Part shown: one piece after another, positions 1 to 12,227 of the stretch | How positions within the stretch are numbered: the stretch's first letter is position 1 | Layout of the letters: every line of letters begins with the position of its first letter | Source of the DNA: Octopus bimaculoides | Lineage: Eukaryota | DNA length: 38,818 nucleotides | Assembly: GCF_001194135.2 (NCBI RefSeq) | Contig: NC_068990.1 | Coordinates: 91,305,887 to 91,344,704, forward strand | Direction: 5' to 3' | Made by a program: the position numbers and the translations under genes | Notes under the pieces: model-generated | Database searches by the model: none | The model's input: only the letters and a program-made list of their open reading frames with translations | Told to the model about the DNA's origin: nothing

Positions 1-879
1 ATATATATATATATATATATATACATATATCTATAGATAGATAGATAGATAGATCATACTTTATGTTATCTTCGTTGGAATTGGTTCAGTCTAGGTGGAC
101 TATTTTCATATGTAGCACTCAATACAAGATGTGAGCTAAGTCTACAACCCAAGTAAGCCATGATAGGATCTGAACCCCAGCCACCAAAAACTGGAATAAT
201 TACCACAATGCATCCAGTACAATGTTCTTACAGCTGCACCATTTCCACCTCCATTGATTGATACTCTTTTCTCAATCCTTGGAAGAATGAAATGTAAATT
301 TGACCTTTGCAGGAATTGAACTCAGTACCTAAAGAGCCAAAACAAATACTTCATAGCATTCTGTCCTTCATGCTGACCGTGCTGCCAATTTACTGCTGAT
401 TACTCTCCATGGAGATTCGTTTCTTAGCTGCTACACTAATATGATACTTCAATTGTCAGCAGGTTGGCGGGGGTGGGGGTTCTCTGTGTATATATCTGTC
501 ACCATGGAGTTTAAGAGTCTGTTTTAAGGATTGCAATGTACTGTCAATTGCTTATCAAACAGTTATTGTGTAAATGTTCGTTGTCTTACTGAGAGCAGCT
601 TGATTCATTAACAGTAATTTGTAATTGCATTGGTGTGGCCGGTTTCATAATCGTTTAATACAACCATCTTGACTATTCATCTTAGTTGTCATCATCATCA
701 CCGTCATCGCCATCATCATCATCATAGTCGCCATCATCATCATCATTGTCCATATCAGCTTCATCATAGTTATTAGGATTGTCATCATCATCATCATCAT
801 CATCACCACCCTCATCATCACATCAATGACAAGCTGTTTTCCAAAGTGACACAAATCACACGAGTTTGTAGTAAATTCT

Positions 880-1047
880 TTCCCTATTCCTCTCAGTCCG
901 ATGTCATCTCATCTGTGAATTCCAACATGATCACTGCATCTCATGTCTTCCTTGCTCTACTTCTGCCACAGCTGCCCTCCTCCACAGTATTTTGCCATTC
1001 AGCAGTTGTCTGCCATTTCCTTACAAGAGAGGCACAGTCATCTCTCC
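880..1047 (-). mobile_element. Decayed RTE-type LINE 3' ORF fragment
   Basis: Translates to TVEEGSCGRSRARKT*DAVI...DEMTSD, resembling the GRGRPRKTW C-terminal motif. Confidence 0.55.
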
Positions 1048-1070
1048 TATACAAACCATAACCGATTCCT

Positions 1071-1290
1071 TTAACTCTTTAGAATTCAGATTCCTTTGTG
1101 AAATGTATTGCTCTTTTATTCATACTGTTTTGAATTAATCACATATTATCTTGTAACTTAACTGGTGTGGCCATATATTTTTAAAATGACACTGTAGGGT
1201 AGGTGTGAGAGGTTGGATCCAGTCAGTTTTAACATAAAGCAGGTAGAATATTTGGGCCAGATATGGCTGGATTAAATGCCAAAGGATTAA
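1071..1290. mobile_element. piggyBac-type MITE, family 1
   Basis: TTAACTCTTTAGAATT...AATGCCAAAGGATTAA ends; partial copy at 11720-11808. Confidence 0.65.
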
Positions 1291-2452
1291 GGCTCATCTA
1301 TAATCTCATGCTTTGCCCTTCGTCTGGTGGACCGTTCTCTCTCATCTATGCTTCATCATGTTTTGCCTTGTGTAAGTTTTGATCAAGGGAGTCGGAACCC
1401 ATGAGGCTTGCAAGCCCTCCATTAGCCTTATTAGTAACGATTTCTGTAAATATTCGCGCTACTAGGTGTACTCACCTGCTTATTTAGAGAAGAGCTTCTA
1501 CTGACATTTTAAGTATAACTTCTGTTAACAGCTGTGTAATTAACCAGTATTGACAAATTCATCATCATCATTGTTTAACATCCACTTTTCCATGCTTGAC
1601 TGGTTTGGACAGAGATGATTAGGGTTGATTTGTCTACAGTTGAATATCCTCCCTGTCACCAAGCCTCACCTGTTTTCAAGCAAGATAATATTTCTCCAAG
1701 GTCAGACACCTTTTACATGTCATTAACCAGTATTATTAGCTTCTTCGTAATAAACCAGTACTGTTAACTTGTGAGACTTCAGTAGTACAATTAGGTCAGA
1801 CTATCATATATGGGCAGATGTTCTGACCCCCCACATGATGTTGGGAGACTGTGTAGGATTGAACCAGCTTTAGTGGAGTTGGATAGTAGGCCCTGGTGGT
1901 ATTAATCACAGCTCTCTACTCTGTGAGTTCAAATCTCACTGAGTCAACATTGCTTTCCATCCTCCTCTCAGGGCAGATAAATTTAGTACCAGTTCAGGGC
2001 AGGGGATTGCACCATTGCACTGTTAAAGCAAAGGTTGTTAGTCTTTTCTAACCCATCACCCCTTTCACTGAATGGCATTTCACAAACACACTTCCCTGTG
2101 TTTTGCCAAAATAAAATTAATACATAAATAAACAGCAGATTATCCTCATGAAACAGAAGGTAATTTTCCCCCAGTTGTTTATTATCCATATTATCTTATT
2201 TTAATCCCTTCCATTATGTTCCTCCATTTAGACATTTCCACGGACTGATGTAAATGTCCTTCTCATATTCTAATCCTGACAAAGCTGTTTTTGAAAATGT
2301 GTTTGAAATTATTAGTAGTCCTGGTTTAAATATTTTATTTCTAATAAATAAATATTTAGAGGGGATTAAAGGATAAAGGTCTCCTCTAATCTTGTCTAAA
2401 CATACAGCGTGACCCACAATACTCCTTTGACATTCGCTGTTCCCATGCAGGC

Positions 2453-2528
2453 TCACAATCCCTTCAAGGAGATGCTGCCAGTGTTGTAGTGAGAGTACGA
2501 CACCCTCTGACGAGAGTAGACAGGAGCA
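2453..2528 (-). CDS. Candidate gene B terminal exon (APVYSRQRVSYSHYNTGSISLKGL*)
   Basis: Strong acceptor gttactatttctatgtAG; phase-2 frame ends at TGA 2453-2455. A phase-0 frame is also open to a GTATGT donor at 2405. Confidence 0.35.
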
Positions 2529-3530
2529 CTACATAGAAATAGTAACAGTCTAATGTAGTCAGCAGTTTGTAGTTTGGTCTTCGAAGTCTAGGTTCAGTTC
2601 GAGTTAGTGTGTTGGGAATATTCTGTTCTACTCTAGGCACAAGTTTTGAGGGAGGGGGTCAATTAGATCGCAACATTTTGTTAATTATTATTGCTTAATC
2701 ATCCCAAATTAACTTTGATTTATCAAACATGATCAGAGACATTCCAGTCGTAAGCACCCTGTCGTTTTTATTATATTCAGGACTAGATACAGGCGTGGCG
2801 ATGTGGTTAAGAAGTTTGCTTCCCAGTCACAAGGCTTTGAGTTCAGTCCCATGGAGTGGTCCCTTGGGCAAGTGTATTCTACTCTAGCCCTGAGATCACC
2901 AAAACTGTGTGAGTGGCTTTGATAGATGGAAACTGAAAGAAGACCATAATGCTTATGTGTAAGAGAGAGAGAGGGAGTGTTTGTGTTTCCTTGTCTTGAC
3001 ATCATGTGTAACAGGGATGTTTGTTTTGTTTCCAGTAAAATGTGAAAACAGCTCTGGCTATGAGGAAATATTAGCATGCTTGGAAACAGCTGAGTGTTGG
3101 CAACAGGGAGAGCTTCCTAGCTGTAGAAAATTCGTTTCAGATAAACTACATCTGACCCCTGAACACATGGAGAGGGGAACATTAAAACAATCCCAATTAT
3201 GATGCTGATGACTCTATTGTCCAGTGTGTCCATTTTCAAGATAGTAGGATGTGTGAGAAAGAGGTTTAGCTGCTATTTCTTGCAGTTGAATGACCATTCA
3301 TGTCAAGGCTACTATTTATGGTATTGTTACTTCCTGTGATACCTTTTACAGCTATGTAGACTGAGTCAAATGGCAAATAAGCATGTAGCCTACTATAAAT
3401 TACAGTACCATTAGCTGGATGTGAACTCTTCTCCTCCCAGCTGGTGGCACTCCTACCTTATCCACTCAGCCGTCATATATCTCCAATTGATAAATAATGA
3501 CAGAACTTGAAACTGATCAATCTTTCTTTG

Positions 3531-3564
<34 letters not shown>

Positions 3565-3946
3565 TTCCTTATAAAGGCATTTATAAGGAAAGAGGCTGTG
3601 ACTCACAAGATAGATATATTCACTTGACATCAGTTTATATTGGAATATTAAAACTGTACACAGCTTATATATTGTGTATGTGGGGGGACACACGGACACA
3701 CGGATGTAAACCTAACCCTAACCCTAATTTGAACAGATATAAAATGTATAATTAATTCAAATGGGTAAAATCGTTTTGTTTTGTTTTTGTATTTTGTAGC
3801 TTGTTCTAGTTTTGTATTTTTAAAATGAAATGGCTTCCAGTTGTGGACAAAGACCAAAGTACACACTTTGTACACACATACATAAACACATATGAGTATA
3901 GGTACTACAGGTATACTTAGTCACAGTGGTGAGGTGTTTGTAAATT

Positions 3947-3978
<32 letters not shown>

Positions 3979-4084
3979 TAATATGGTTGTTGTAAAAGAT
4001 CCAGTTATCTCTTTCTTCTGCTGTCTATCTCTGTTTCTCAATTTACATTTTAATTACACACTCCAATACACTCAAGAGAGTATA

Positions 4085-4135
<51 letters not shown>

Positions 4136-5881
4136 CTCTCTCTCTCCTCTCTCTTATTGTGTATGTAACTCAATTAAATATATTCCCTCATCATTGCTCC
4201 CACACAACTAACTTCCTTCAAAAGTTCAAAGGAAGGTGAGGTCCCTATTTGCCATTGTGTTTGTACCAGTCCATGCATGACTGTGAATAGATGACAGAAG
4301 AAGAATAGCCGGGAGGGGGGGGCCAGAAGGGGTCAGTGGTCTTATCAAAGCCACATCCTCTTCCTTGCTTTTATTTCAATTTTGTTTTTCTTTCTCTAAT
4401 CCCAGGAGTATTTTTTTTTTGTTACAATCATTATTTTGGACAGGAAGAAGGGGCAGGATGAAGGGGCTGCTGCATTCTTGTATCCTTTCAACAGTTTCAG
4501 TGGTATGACTGCAGCCATACTGGAGCACCTCTTCATTTATTTTCTTTCATGTTTTGTTGTTGCTTTATGACTGAAGGTTGGTCTATGATTGAGTTTGTTG
4601 CAACTGATTTTCCCCTAAATGTTCTTTAAATGGTTCGCTGGTCGGGTATCATCCTTAGGCGTGTGTCCAATCTTTGTCTGAAGGTTTCCGTAGCACTCCC
4701 TCTTACCACAACCCCTCAATACTATTCTGCTCTCTCACCCCTTCCAATTGAGCAGTTTTTGTCTTGCAAGATACTTGGTGACCCTTTGCTGGGGCCACAT
4801 AAAATGCGTGCTAGCATTTCTGCCAGCCTGCCACCTTGTTGTACTTTAATATTGACTGCTGTCACTCCCGCTGGAGGGCATCTTGGGCAAATGTCTTCCA
4901 CTATAGCCCCAGGTGGACCGAAAACCTAGGGAGTGGATTTGGTAGACAGAAAATTAAAGAAAAGTGTGTGTGTGTGTGTCTCCTTGTCCTGACATAGTGA
5001 AATGGTTGTAAATGAGTGTTGGTATCTTAGAAGCACCGTCATTCATTTCCAAAATTCTGCAAAAACGTCTGGCCAGAAGAAAATGTCACCTTGCTTGGGA
5101 ACAAGTAAAGGTTGGTGACAGGAAGGACATCCAGCCATAGAAAATCAGCCTCGATAAACTCTATCCAGCTCATACAAGCATGANNNNNNNNNNNNNNNNN
5201 NNNNNNNNNNNNNNNNNNNNNNNNNNNNNNNNNNNNNNNNNNNNNNNNNNNNNNNNNNNNNNNNNNNNNNNNNNNNTGATGATGATGGTGGTGGTGGTGG
5301 TGGTGGTGGTGGTGGTGGTGGTGGTGGTGGTGATGATGATGATGGTGATTACAATACACATCATGTAAGACATGAGCACAAACTTAAAACAAAAAAAAAA
5401 ACAATAGGTCCCCTCAAAGGACTTGTAGCAAGCTGTCGCTATTCCAGTTTGAAATCTCCCTAGAACACACATAAAACAATCCCTCCCCCTCTTCCCTTAC
5501 CTTGTCCCTACAAAGAAACAAATATCAATCATCTTTAATTTACAAAATGCTTCAAAGTCCTGGAAGCCAATCCTGAATGTCGTGAGTCAGTGGAGAATGA
5601 GTCACATTGCCAAGACTGTCAATACATAAATCTTTCTGGTTCATTAAAACAGGGAGGAGAAACATAATGTTATGTCTGGGTAATTCGATGTATCAGTATG
5701 ACTGTTGTAATGTGCAGTAAGAAAAGGACTCAATGATGCAGAAATGGGGATACGAGAGAGCTGTTTTTTTATTGTCTTCTTAAACTACATGACCAGATGT
5801 TATTGTTCTGAGGAGATGAGGGAGAAGAAATTGTATAACGGCTGGTCATGTTGTAAAGGAGACTTTCGACTCCTATAATCC

Positions 5882-5883
<2 letters not shown>

Positions 5884-5976
<93 letters not shown>
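5884..5976. repeat. Compound (AC)n(CT)n microsatellite, representative of dozens of simple repeats
   Basis: Direct reading; (AT)n, (CA)n, (CT)n, (CAT)n, (AAT)n, (GGT)n and (TACA)n tracts occur throughout. Confidence 0.95.
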
Positions 5977-5979
<3 letters not shown>

Positions 5980-6522
5980 TCCCTCTCCACATGTATGTGT
6001 GTGTGTGTAAAACTGACCAATCAAAACCTGTCAGTATCAGGAAATACACTGTTCATCAACAAAATTATATATGCATAGATGAGTGTGTATGTGTGTATTT
6101 ATGTTTTTCATCATCATCATCGTCGTCGTCATCATCGTCACTGTCGTCATTGTTGTCATCATCATCATTGTCATCATCATCATTGTCATCATCATCATCA
6201 TTGTTATCATCATCATTTAACTTCTGTTTTCCATGCTGGCATGGCTTGAACAGTTTGACAGGAGCTGGCAAACCAGATAACTGCACCAGACTCCAGTTGT
6301 CTGTTTTGGCAGGGTTTCTATGGTTGGATGCCCTTCCTAATGCCATCCATGGGTGCTTTATACATGTCACCAACATATATATATGTATGGAATTCAATTT
6401 CACATCTAACAAGATAAAGTAATTGGTACATACAATTAGAGCCCCAAAATAGACTAGTAACCCTAAAACTCCAAATTGAACTGCGACTAAAATCAAGGAT
6501 GTTTTAGCTGCATAATGCCTTA

Positions 6523-6654
6523 TGGCTATAGGCAGTCCATCAATTGGCTATGAGCAGTTCAGCAATTGGCTATGAGCAGTTCATCAGTTGGCTATAGGCC
6601 GTTCAGCAATTGGCTATAGGCAGTTCAGCAATTGGCTATAGGCAGTCCATCACT
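6523..6654. repeat. 22-bp minisatellite, 6 units
   Basis: Consensus TGGCTATAGGCAGTTCAGCAAT. Confidence 0.9.
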
Positions 6655-6766
6655 TGAACTGGTGCAAACATAAAAGGGTAAAAGTTTGAACAGGCCAAAA
6701 TCATTGTTATCAAGTTAGATTATGACATTTTCATCTTTTCAAACATGATGTTACATTAGTATAGAT

Positions 6767-7091
6767 TAGTGGTTCTCAACCAGGGTCTTTATGGCCCTTG
6801 AGGGTCAATGTAACAAAGTTGTAAACTGGGGATCCACAATTGTATTTTGGCCCCGTGAAAAAAATTTGCTTAAGATGTCTGTATTGTTAGGTATTGCAAG
6901 AAACAGCAAGGTTTCTTTCTTCAACATTTTACATAGCTCAACCTACACAAGTTAATGTTTGGAAGACAAAATAGGAATTTTGTAAGAAATCTATAAAACT
7001 AGTTTTTAAACATTGAATGGTTATGGGGGTCCACCAGAGTAAAATAGTAATCAAAGGGGCTCCATAGGTGAAAAATGGTTGAGAACACCTG
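6767..7091. mobile_element. hAT (Charlie-like) MITE
   Basis: TIRs TAGTGGTTCTCAACC / GGTTGAGAACACCTG; 8-bp flanks GTATAGAT and GTGTATAT (6/8 identical). Confidence 0.7.
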
Positions 7092-8161
7092 GTGTATATC
7101 ATAAGAAGAAAGGAAGTAAATAAATGACAGAAAATTTCTTACAGCTGTTTCTGCACAGATGATACATGTTGTGCAAAACAAGGAGTTCATATATCGGTGA
7201 TCTATTTCATCATCAGAGGGAGAATGGGAAGTATTATAGAAAGCTTTGACTTACTAATGTAGTTAGGGTATAGAGGAATGCTAAAATGAGAAGAGATAGA
7301 GAAAATAAGGTCACACTAAGATGAAGATAGATAGAATCTAACAACCGATCTTGCATTGATCCCTTGCAAGTGAGATATACAACTGGTTATGGTGCATTCT
7401 TTGGTGTAGATGTGTCTCATCAGGTGACTTTTCAAAAGTTACTTCATTTAATAAACTCAGTTTTGCTTGTTTCAATTATGCAGTTGGTTGTTATTTGCCT
7501 GTAGGTGGTTGCTTGTGTGTTGGTTCTATGTAAAAAGCACTGGCGATTGTGCCATGTAAAAAGTACCCAGTATACTCTGTGAAGTGGTTGGCATGAGGAA
7601 GGGCATTCAGCCATAGAAACCATGCTAAAACAGAGCATGGAACCCGGTGCGGGCTTTGGCCTAGCCAGTTCCTGTCAAGCTGGCATCGAAGGCAGACGTT
7701 AAATGTTGATGATGATGATATATATGTATGTATGCGTGTGTTTGTATGTATGCATATGTGTGTGTGTGTGCATGTGTATAAAAATATATATACATGCACA
7801 CACACACACACAGACATGTATATGCCTTACATGCAACAGTTCAACAGATTTCTCATGTTTACTTAAATAATAAAAATAACAATAATTTAAATAACCGTAT
7901 CCTGTTTGCAGCCACACACTTTTACTAGGATACAGAATATAATAAACACAGAAACAACAGACTGTTTATTGTATTACAGTCACACATTGTGGTACAGGCA
8001 CTCCTCTCTCTTGGTTGCCTGTGCCGTTTGAACTGTTCTAATTATTTGCATCTCTTTACACTGCTGAAACTGTTTTTCTTCAGGTGTTCACTGACCATTT
8101 TACATTACATTCCTGCCAGTTCACCAATGGGAAAGCTTAGAGTAACTCGTTAGAGACTCAC

Positions 8162-8242
8162 TGTCCATATTTGAAGAGAGTTAGATTTTTGAAATAATGT
8201 GCGTCTCGAATAAAACATACCCAACCAGCATAGGCAATGAAA
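8162..8242 (-). CDS. Gene B probable exon (FIAYAGWVCFIRDAHYFKNLTLFKYG), phase 2 to 2
   Basis: Acceptor gattgattttgtttgctAG, strong donor GTGAGT, 81 nt, open frame. Confidence 0.6.
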
Positions 8243-9084
8243 CTAGCAAACAAAATCAATCATGTGTGAAGTTATAAAGATGAAAAATGATCAATATCGT
8301 GAAGTATTATGTTGATTGTTTATATCCACACACACACACACACATTTCAGTCTGAGGTAAAAGGCATGTGTTTGTCTACCTTTGCATCACTAAATAGTAG
8401 ATATGCATATGTGTGTGTATGTTTGTGTGTATATTAGAAGAATACAGTTGGCACTTCTCTAATATCAAAATATTGAATTTTATGCATTAAATTAGGATTT
8501 TTTAATTCATTGGAAAAAAAATGGTTTACTTTTTCATCATCATCATTGTCATCATCATCGTTTAACATCCACTTTCCATGCTGGCATGGGTTGGATGGTT
8601 TGACTGAGGACTGGCAAACCAGATGGCTGCACCAGGCTCCAATCCGATCTGGCAGAGTTTCTACAGCTGGATGCCCTTCCTAACACCAACCACAATTTCA
8701 GGCCTTGTGCTTAGAGTAGAAAGGATTATGATTTAGCAGTCCCCACCACACACACACACACACACACACACACTTCCTTGGCATTTGCTAAATCTAGGCT
8801 GGTGCTGCGTCTGTTACAAAATTGCTGAATCATCTTAGTTTTGTTTTTATTGTCGTTTTATATTTTCTGACTCCCNNNNNNNNNNNNNNNNNNNNNNNNN
8901 NNNNNNNNNNNNNNNNNNNNNNNNNNNNNNNNNNNNNNNNNNNNNNNNNNNNNNNNNNNNNNNNNNNNNNNNNNNNNNNNNNNNNNNNNNNNNNNNNCCT
9001 CTCCCCCCCTCTCTCTCTCCCCCTCTCTCCCCCCTCCCCCTCTCTCTCTGTTTATTTTACTTTCTGTTAATTCAACATCTTTAC

Positions 9085-9193
9085 ATCGAAATGTATTTAG
9101 AATGGGTGGGAGAGAAAAAATCTAGGAACCCACGAAAATCTTTAATAATGTCAGCTGGTGCCACCCAAGATAAGACACAGATTCCCTTATTAG
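9085..9193 (-). CDS. Gene B probable exon (NKGICVLSWVAPADIIKDFRGFLDFFSPTHSKYIS); 5' boundary uncertain
   Basis: Donor GTAAAG in phase 2 joins 8242 in frame; acceptor is purine-rich and weak, frame stays open upstream to about 9260. Confidence 0.5.
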
Positions 9194-9272
9194 CTGTTGG
9201 GTGTCTCCGTCTCCCAGCATCTTTCTGTCTATCTCTCTGTCTCCCTCTCTTATTTACATATATTTATTCTCT

Positions 9273-9354
<82 letters not shown>

Positions 9355-9751
9355 CCTCCCTATCTACCTCTGTCTCTATTTTTATTGATAATCTGCCTTT
9401 TACATTCTTTCTCTCTCTCTCTTAACCTCCCTCTCTCTTCTTCACTTTCACTTTCTCCTGCTTTCTCCTTACCTCTGTCCACCCCACCCACCCTCCATCC
9501 CGTCTAACCCATCATGCGATGATACATTGGTTATTTACAATAAGCAACTTCCCCAAATATTTTCTTTCCTCACCCCACCTCTCTTTCTCTCTCTCCGTCC
9601 TTTTCCTCTTTCGTCTCATTTTATGTCTTCCTGTTTATCAAATCCACCCTGTTTGGCAACTTGGGTAGATATTACCAGGCAACTTACATCATTTTCATAT
9701 GTCCATGTATTTGTTATGTGACTTTGATGCATATTTATACATATGTGATGT

Positions 9752-10099
9752 GGAGGCGCAATGGCCCAGTGGTTAGGGCAGTGGACTGGCGGTCATAGGA
9801 TCACGGTTTCGATTCCCAGACCAAGCATTGTGAGTGTTTATTGAACGAAAATGCCTGAAAGCTCCACCAGGCTCTGGTAGGTGGGGTGTAGTGACGAACC
9901 CTGCTGTACTCTTTCACCACAACTTCCTCTCACTCTTTCTTCCTGTTTCTGTTGTACCTGTAATTCAAAGGGGCCCGCCTTGTCACACTCTGTGTCACGC
10001 TGAATCTCCAACGAGAACTCTGTTAAGAGTACACGTGTCTGTGGAGTGCTCAGCCACTTGCACGTTAATTTCACGAGCAGACTGTTCTGTTGATCAGAT
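9752..10099 (+). mobile_element. tRNA-derived SINE, family 3
   Basis: A-box TGGCCCAGTGG, B-box GGTTTCGATTCC; homologous inverted copy at 30883-31224. Confidence 0.8.
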
Positions 10100-10110
10100 G
10101 TATATATCTA

Positions 10111-10149
<39 letters not shown>

Positions 10150-10197
10150 TCACATACATACATACATACATACATACATACATACATACATACAAAC

Positions 10198-10242
<45 letters not shown>

Positions 10243-10978
10243 GTACACTTTCATACATACTTGCACATGCGTACATTACATATAGAATTTTAAGATTCAG
10301 TAAACGTAAATTAGAATCAGAAGGCAAATACACAGACACAAACAAACAAAAAAAGAACATAAAAGACACAAACAGCGAAAGCCATGTACATTGTTTCGTG
10401 TCAGACTGTCATGAGTTGGTAGTCTTTAAATATCTGTCCTTGAGTCCTCTCCTTCACCATTAACAAAACTAACAATGCTGGCTGACATAAGACCCTAGGC
10501 TGTTGCCATGGATCGCTCACCTCTACTTAAGCACAGATTCCACCTGTTATCTGATTAGCACTTGTTCCGTTGAGCAGTTAATCCGCTTATCTAATCAGAC
10601 GTACAAATAAGGATCAGCTATGACTAATGATTTTGTTAATCATCTGATCTTGGCTTATAAAAATGACCAAAGGGTCTCCCTGACTATTGTCCCCTAACCT
10701 CCACCCTGCTCTTTTAAAAGGGAGTTTATCCCTTGTCTGGATTTGGATTAGCTGGAGTTTGAATTTTTTTTTTTTTTCCTTTTCTTCTCAAATTCCATAA
10801 ATTCCATTGACTTAAATGATCTCTGGACATTGTGTGTGTGCGTGTGTGTACACATACATACATAGATACATACACACACACATATATATGTGTGTGTGTG
10901 TATATACATACATGTATGTATATGTATACTAAGCAGTATATATACATATATATATACTAAGTATACATATATACAGCA

Positions 10979-11014
<36 letters not shown>

Positions 11015-11885
11015 GTGTGTGTGTGTGTGTCTCCAACATCGCTTGACAACCGATGTTGGTGTGTTTACGTCCCCGTAACTTAGCAGTTCGGCAAAAAGAT
11101 AGAATAATTACTAGGCTTACAAAGAATAAGTCCTGGGGTCAATTTGTTCGACAAAAAGCGGTGCTCCATCATGGCCACAGTCAAATGACTGAAACAAGTA
11201 AAAAAATAAAAGAATGAAAGAAACTACCTCGAGAGAGTGAGACACACTCACACACACTTACACACACACACACACACACACATATCCATATATGTACAAA
11301 AGATGTAACCTAGAGAGGTCATTAGATGTACAGCAATGTGTATCTCAGTGAGCAGATCATCCGCTGTCGCATATCTCCTCTATTGGTATGTCTTGCTGTT
11401 GGCTATTCTGGACTTATTTTTAATCTGACTGGATGGTCCTTCACCCATTAAACCAGGGGAGGAGGAGAGAATTTAGTAGAAAGGGACTGATTCTGTTAGT
11501 TTTATATGGTATCAACAGCTGCTAAACTCTGACTTTATTATATTATAGGTTTAAAGAGGATTTAAATAGCTTTATCGTTTAAGATATCGGAATGTAGCAG
11601 ATTTAAATGTGAACGTGCACAAATATTTTGATGTGCACAATCCAGAACGTTCGCACACTTCCATGCACATTCCTTTACTGATGTCGGTCATCAGACTGCA
11701 GCCATGCTGGAGCAATGTCTTAACCCTTTGGCATTCAGAATGCTCTGTCAAATGTCAGGCTTATTTATTCATTTTGCACCTTCAAAATTTCAACGATGCA
11801 ATTGTTCAGTTCTATATTTAAGAGATGAGGGATTATTCACATTATTTACATTTGACAGATATTTGTCCTCATCTTGTTTGTTGTT

Positions 11886-11931
11886 AACACAACGTTTCGG
11901 CTGATATACCCTCCAGCCTTCATCAGGTGTC
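11886..11931 (-). ncRNA. Minimal type-I hammerhead ribozyme motif (inverted twin)
   Basis: Exact reverse complement of 12182-12227. Confidence 0.75.
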
Positions 11932-11981
11932 TTGGGGAAATTTCGAACCTGGGTTCTCATTCCTTAGGTATTTTTCGATGC

Positions 11982-12025
<44 letters not shown>

Positions 12026-12069
12026 TCACTGCCTAACCTCAAGATTCCGAGTTCGATTCCAGGCAGTGA

Positions 12070-12126
<57 letters not shown>

Positions 12127-12181
12127 TAATAACATCGAAAAATACCTTAGGAATGAGAACGCAGGTTCGAAATTTCCCCAA

Positions 12182-12227
12182 GACACCTGATGAAGGCTGG
12201 AGGGTATATCAGCCGAAACGTTGTGTT
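12182..12227 (+). ncRNA. Minimal type-I hammerhead ribozyme motif
   Basis: GACAC-CTGATGA-A-GGCTG-gagggtatat-CAGCC-GAAA-CG-TT-GTGTT: core CUGAUGA/GAAA, 5-bp stem II, stem I GACAC/GUGUU, palindromic AACGUU helix III; predicted cut after 12222. Confidence 0.75.

Noticed and set aside
645-854. Met-, His-, Asp-, Ser- or Val/Cys-rich ORFs here and at 5039-5472, 5769-6496, 9091-9507, 16077-16934 and elsewhere
   Set aside because: Translations of (CAT)n, (GGT)n, (CA)n, (CT)n microsatellites or N gaps.
3711-3727. CCTAACCCTAACCCTAA telomere-like run
   Set aside because: Under three units; too short to call an interstitial telomeric site.
11923-12190. Mirror-image ORFs MSWGNFEP...LLLL...NNNN on both strands (also 28714-28959)
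   Set aside because: Translation of the inverted repeat and its (AAT)n tracts; not proteins.
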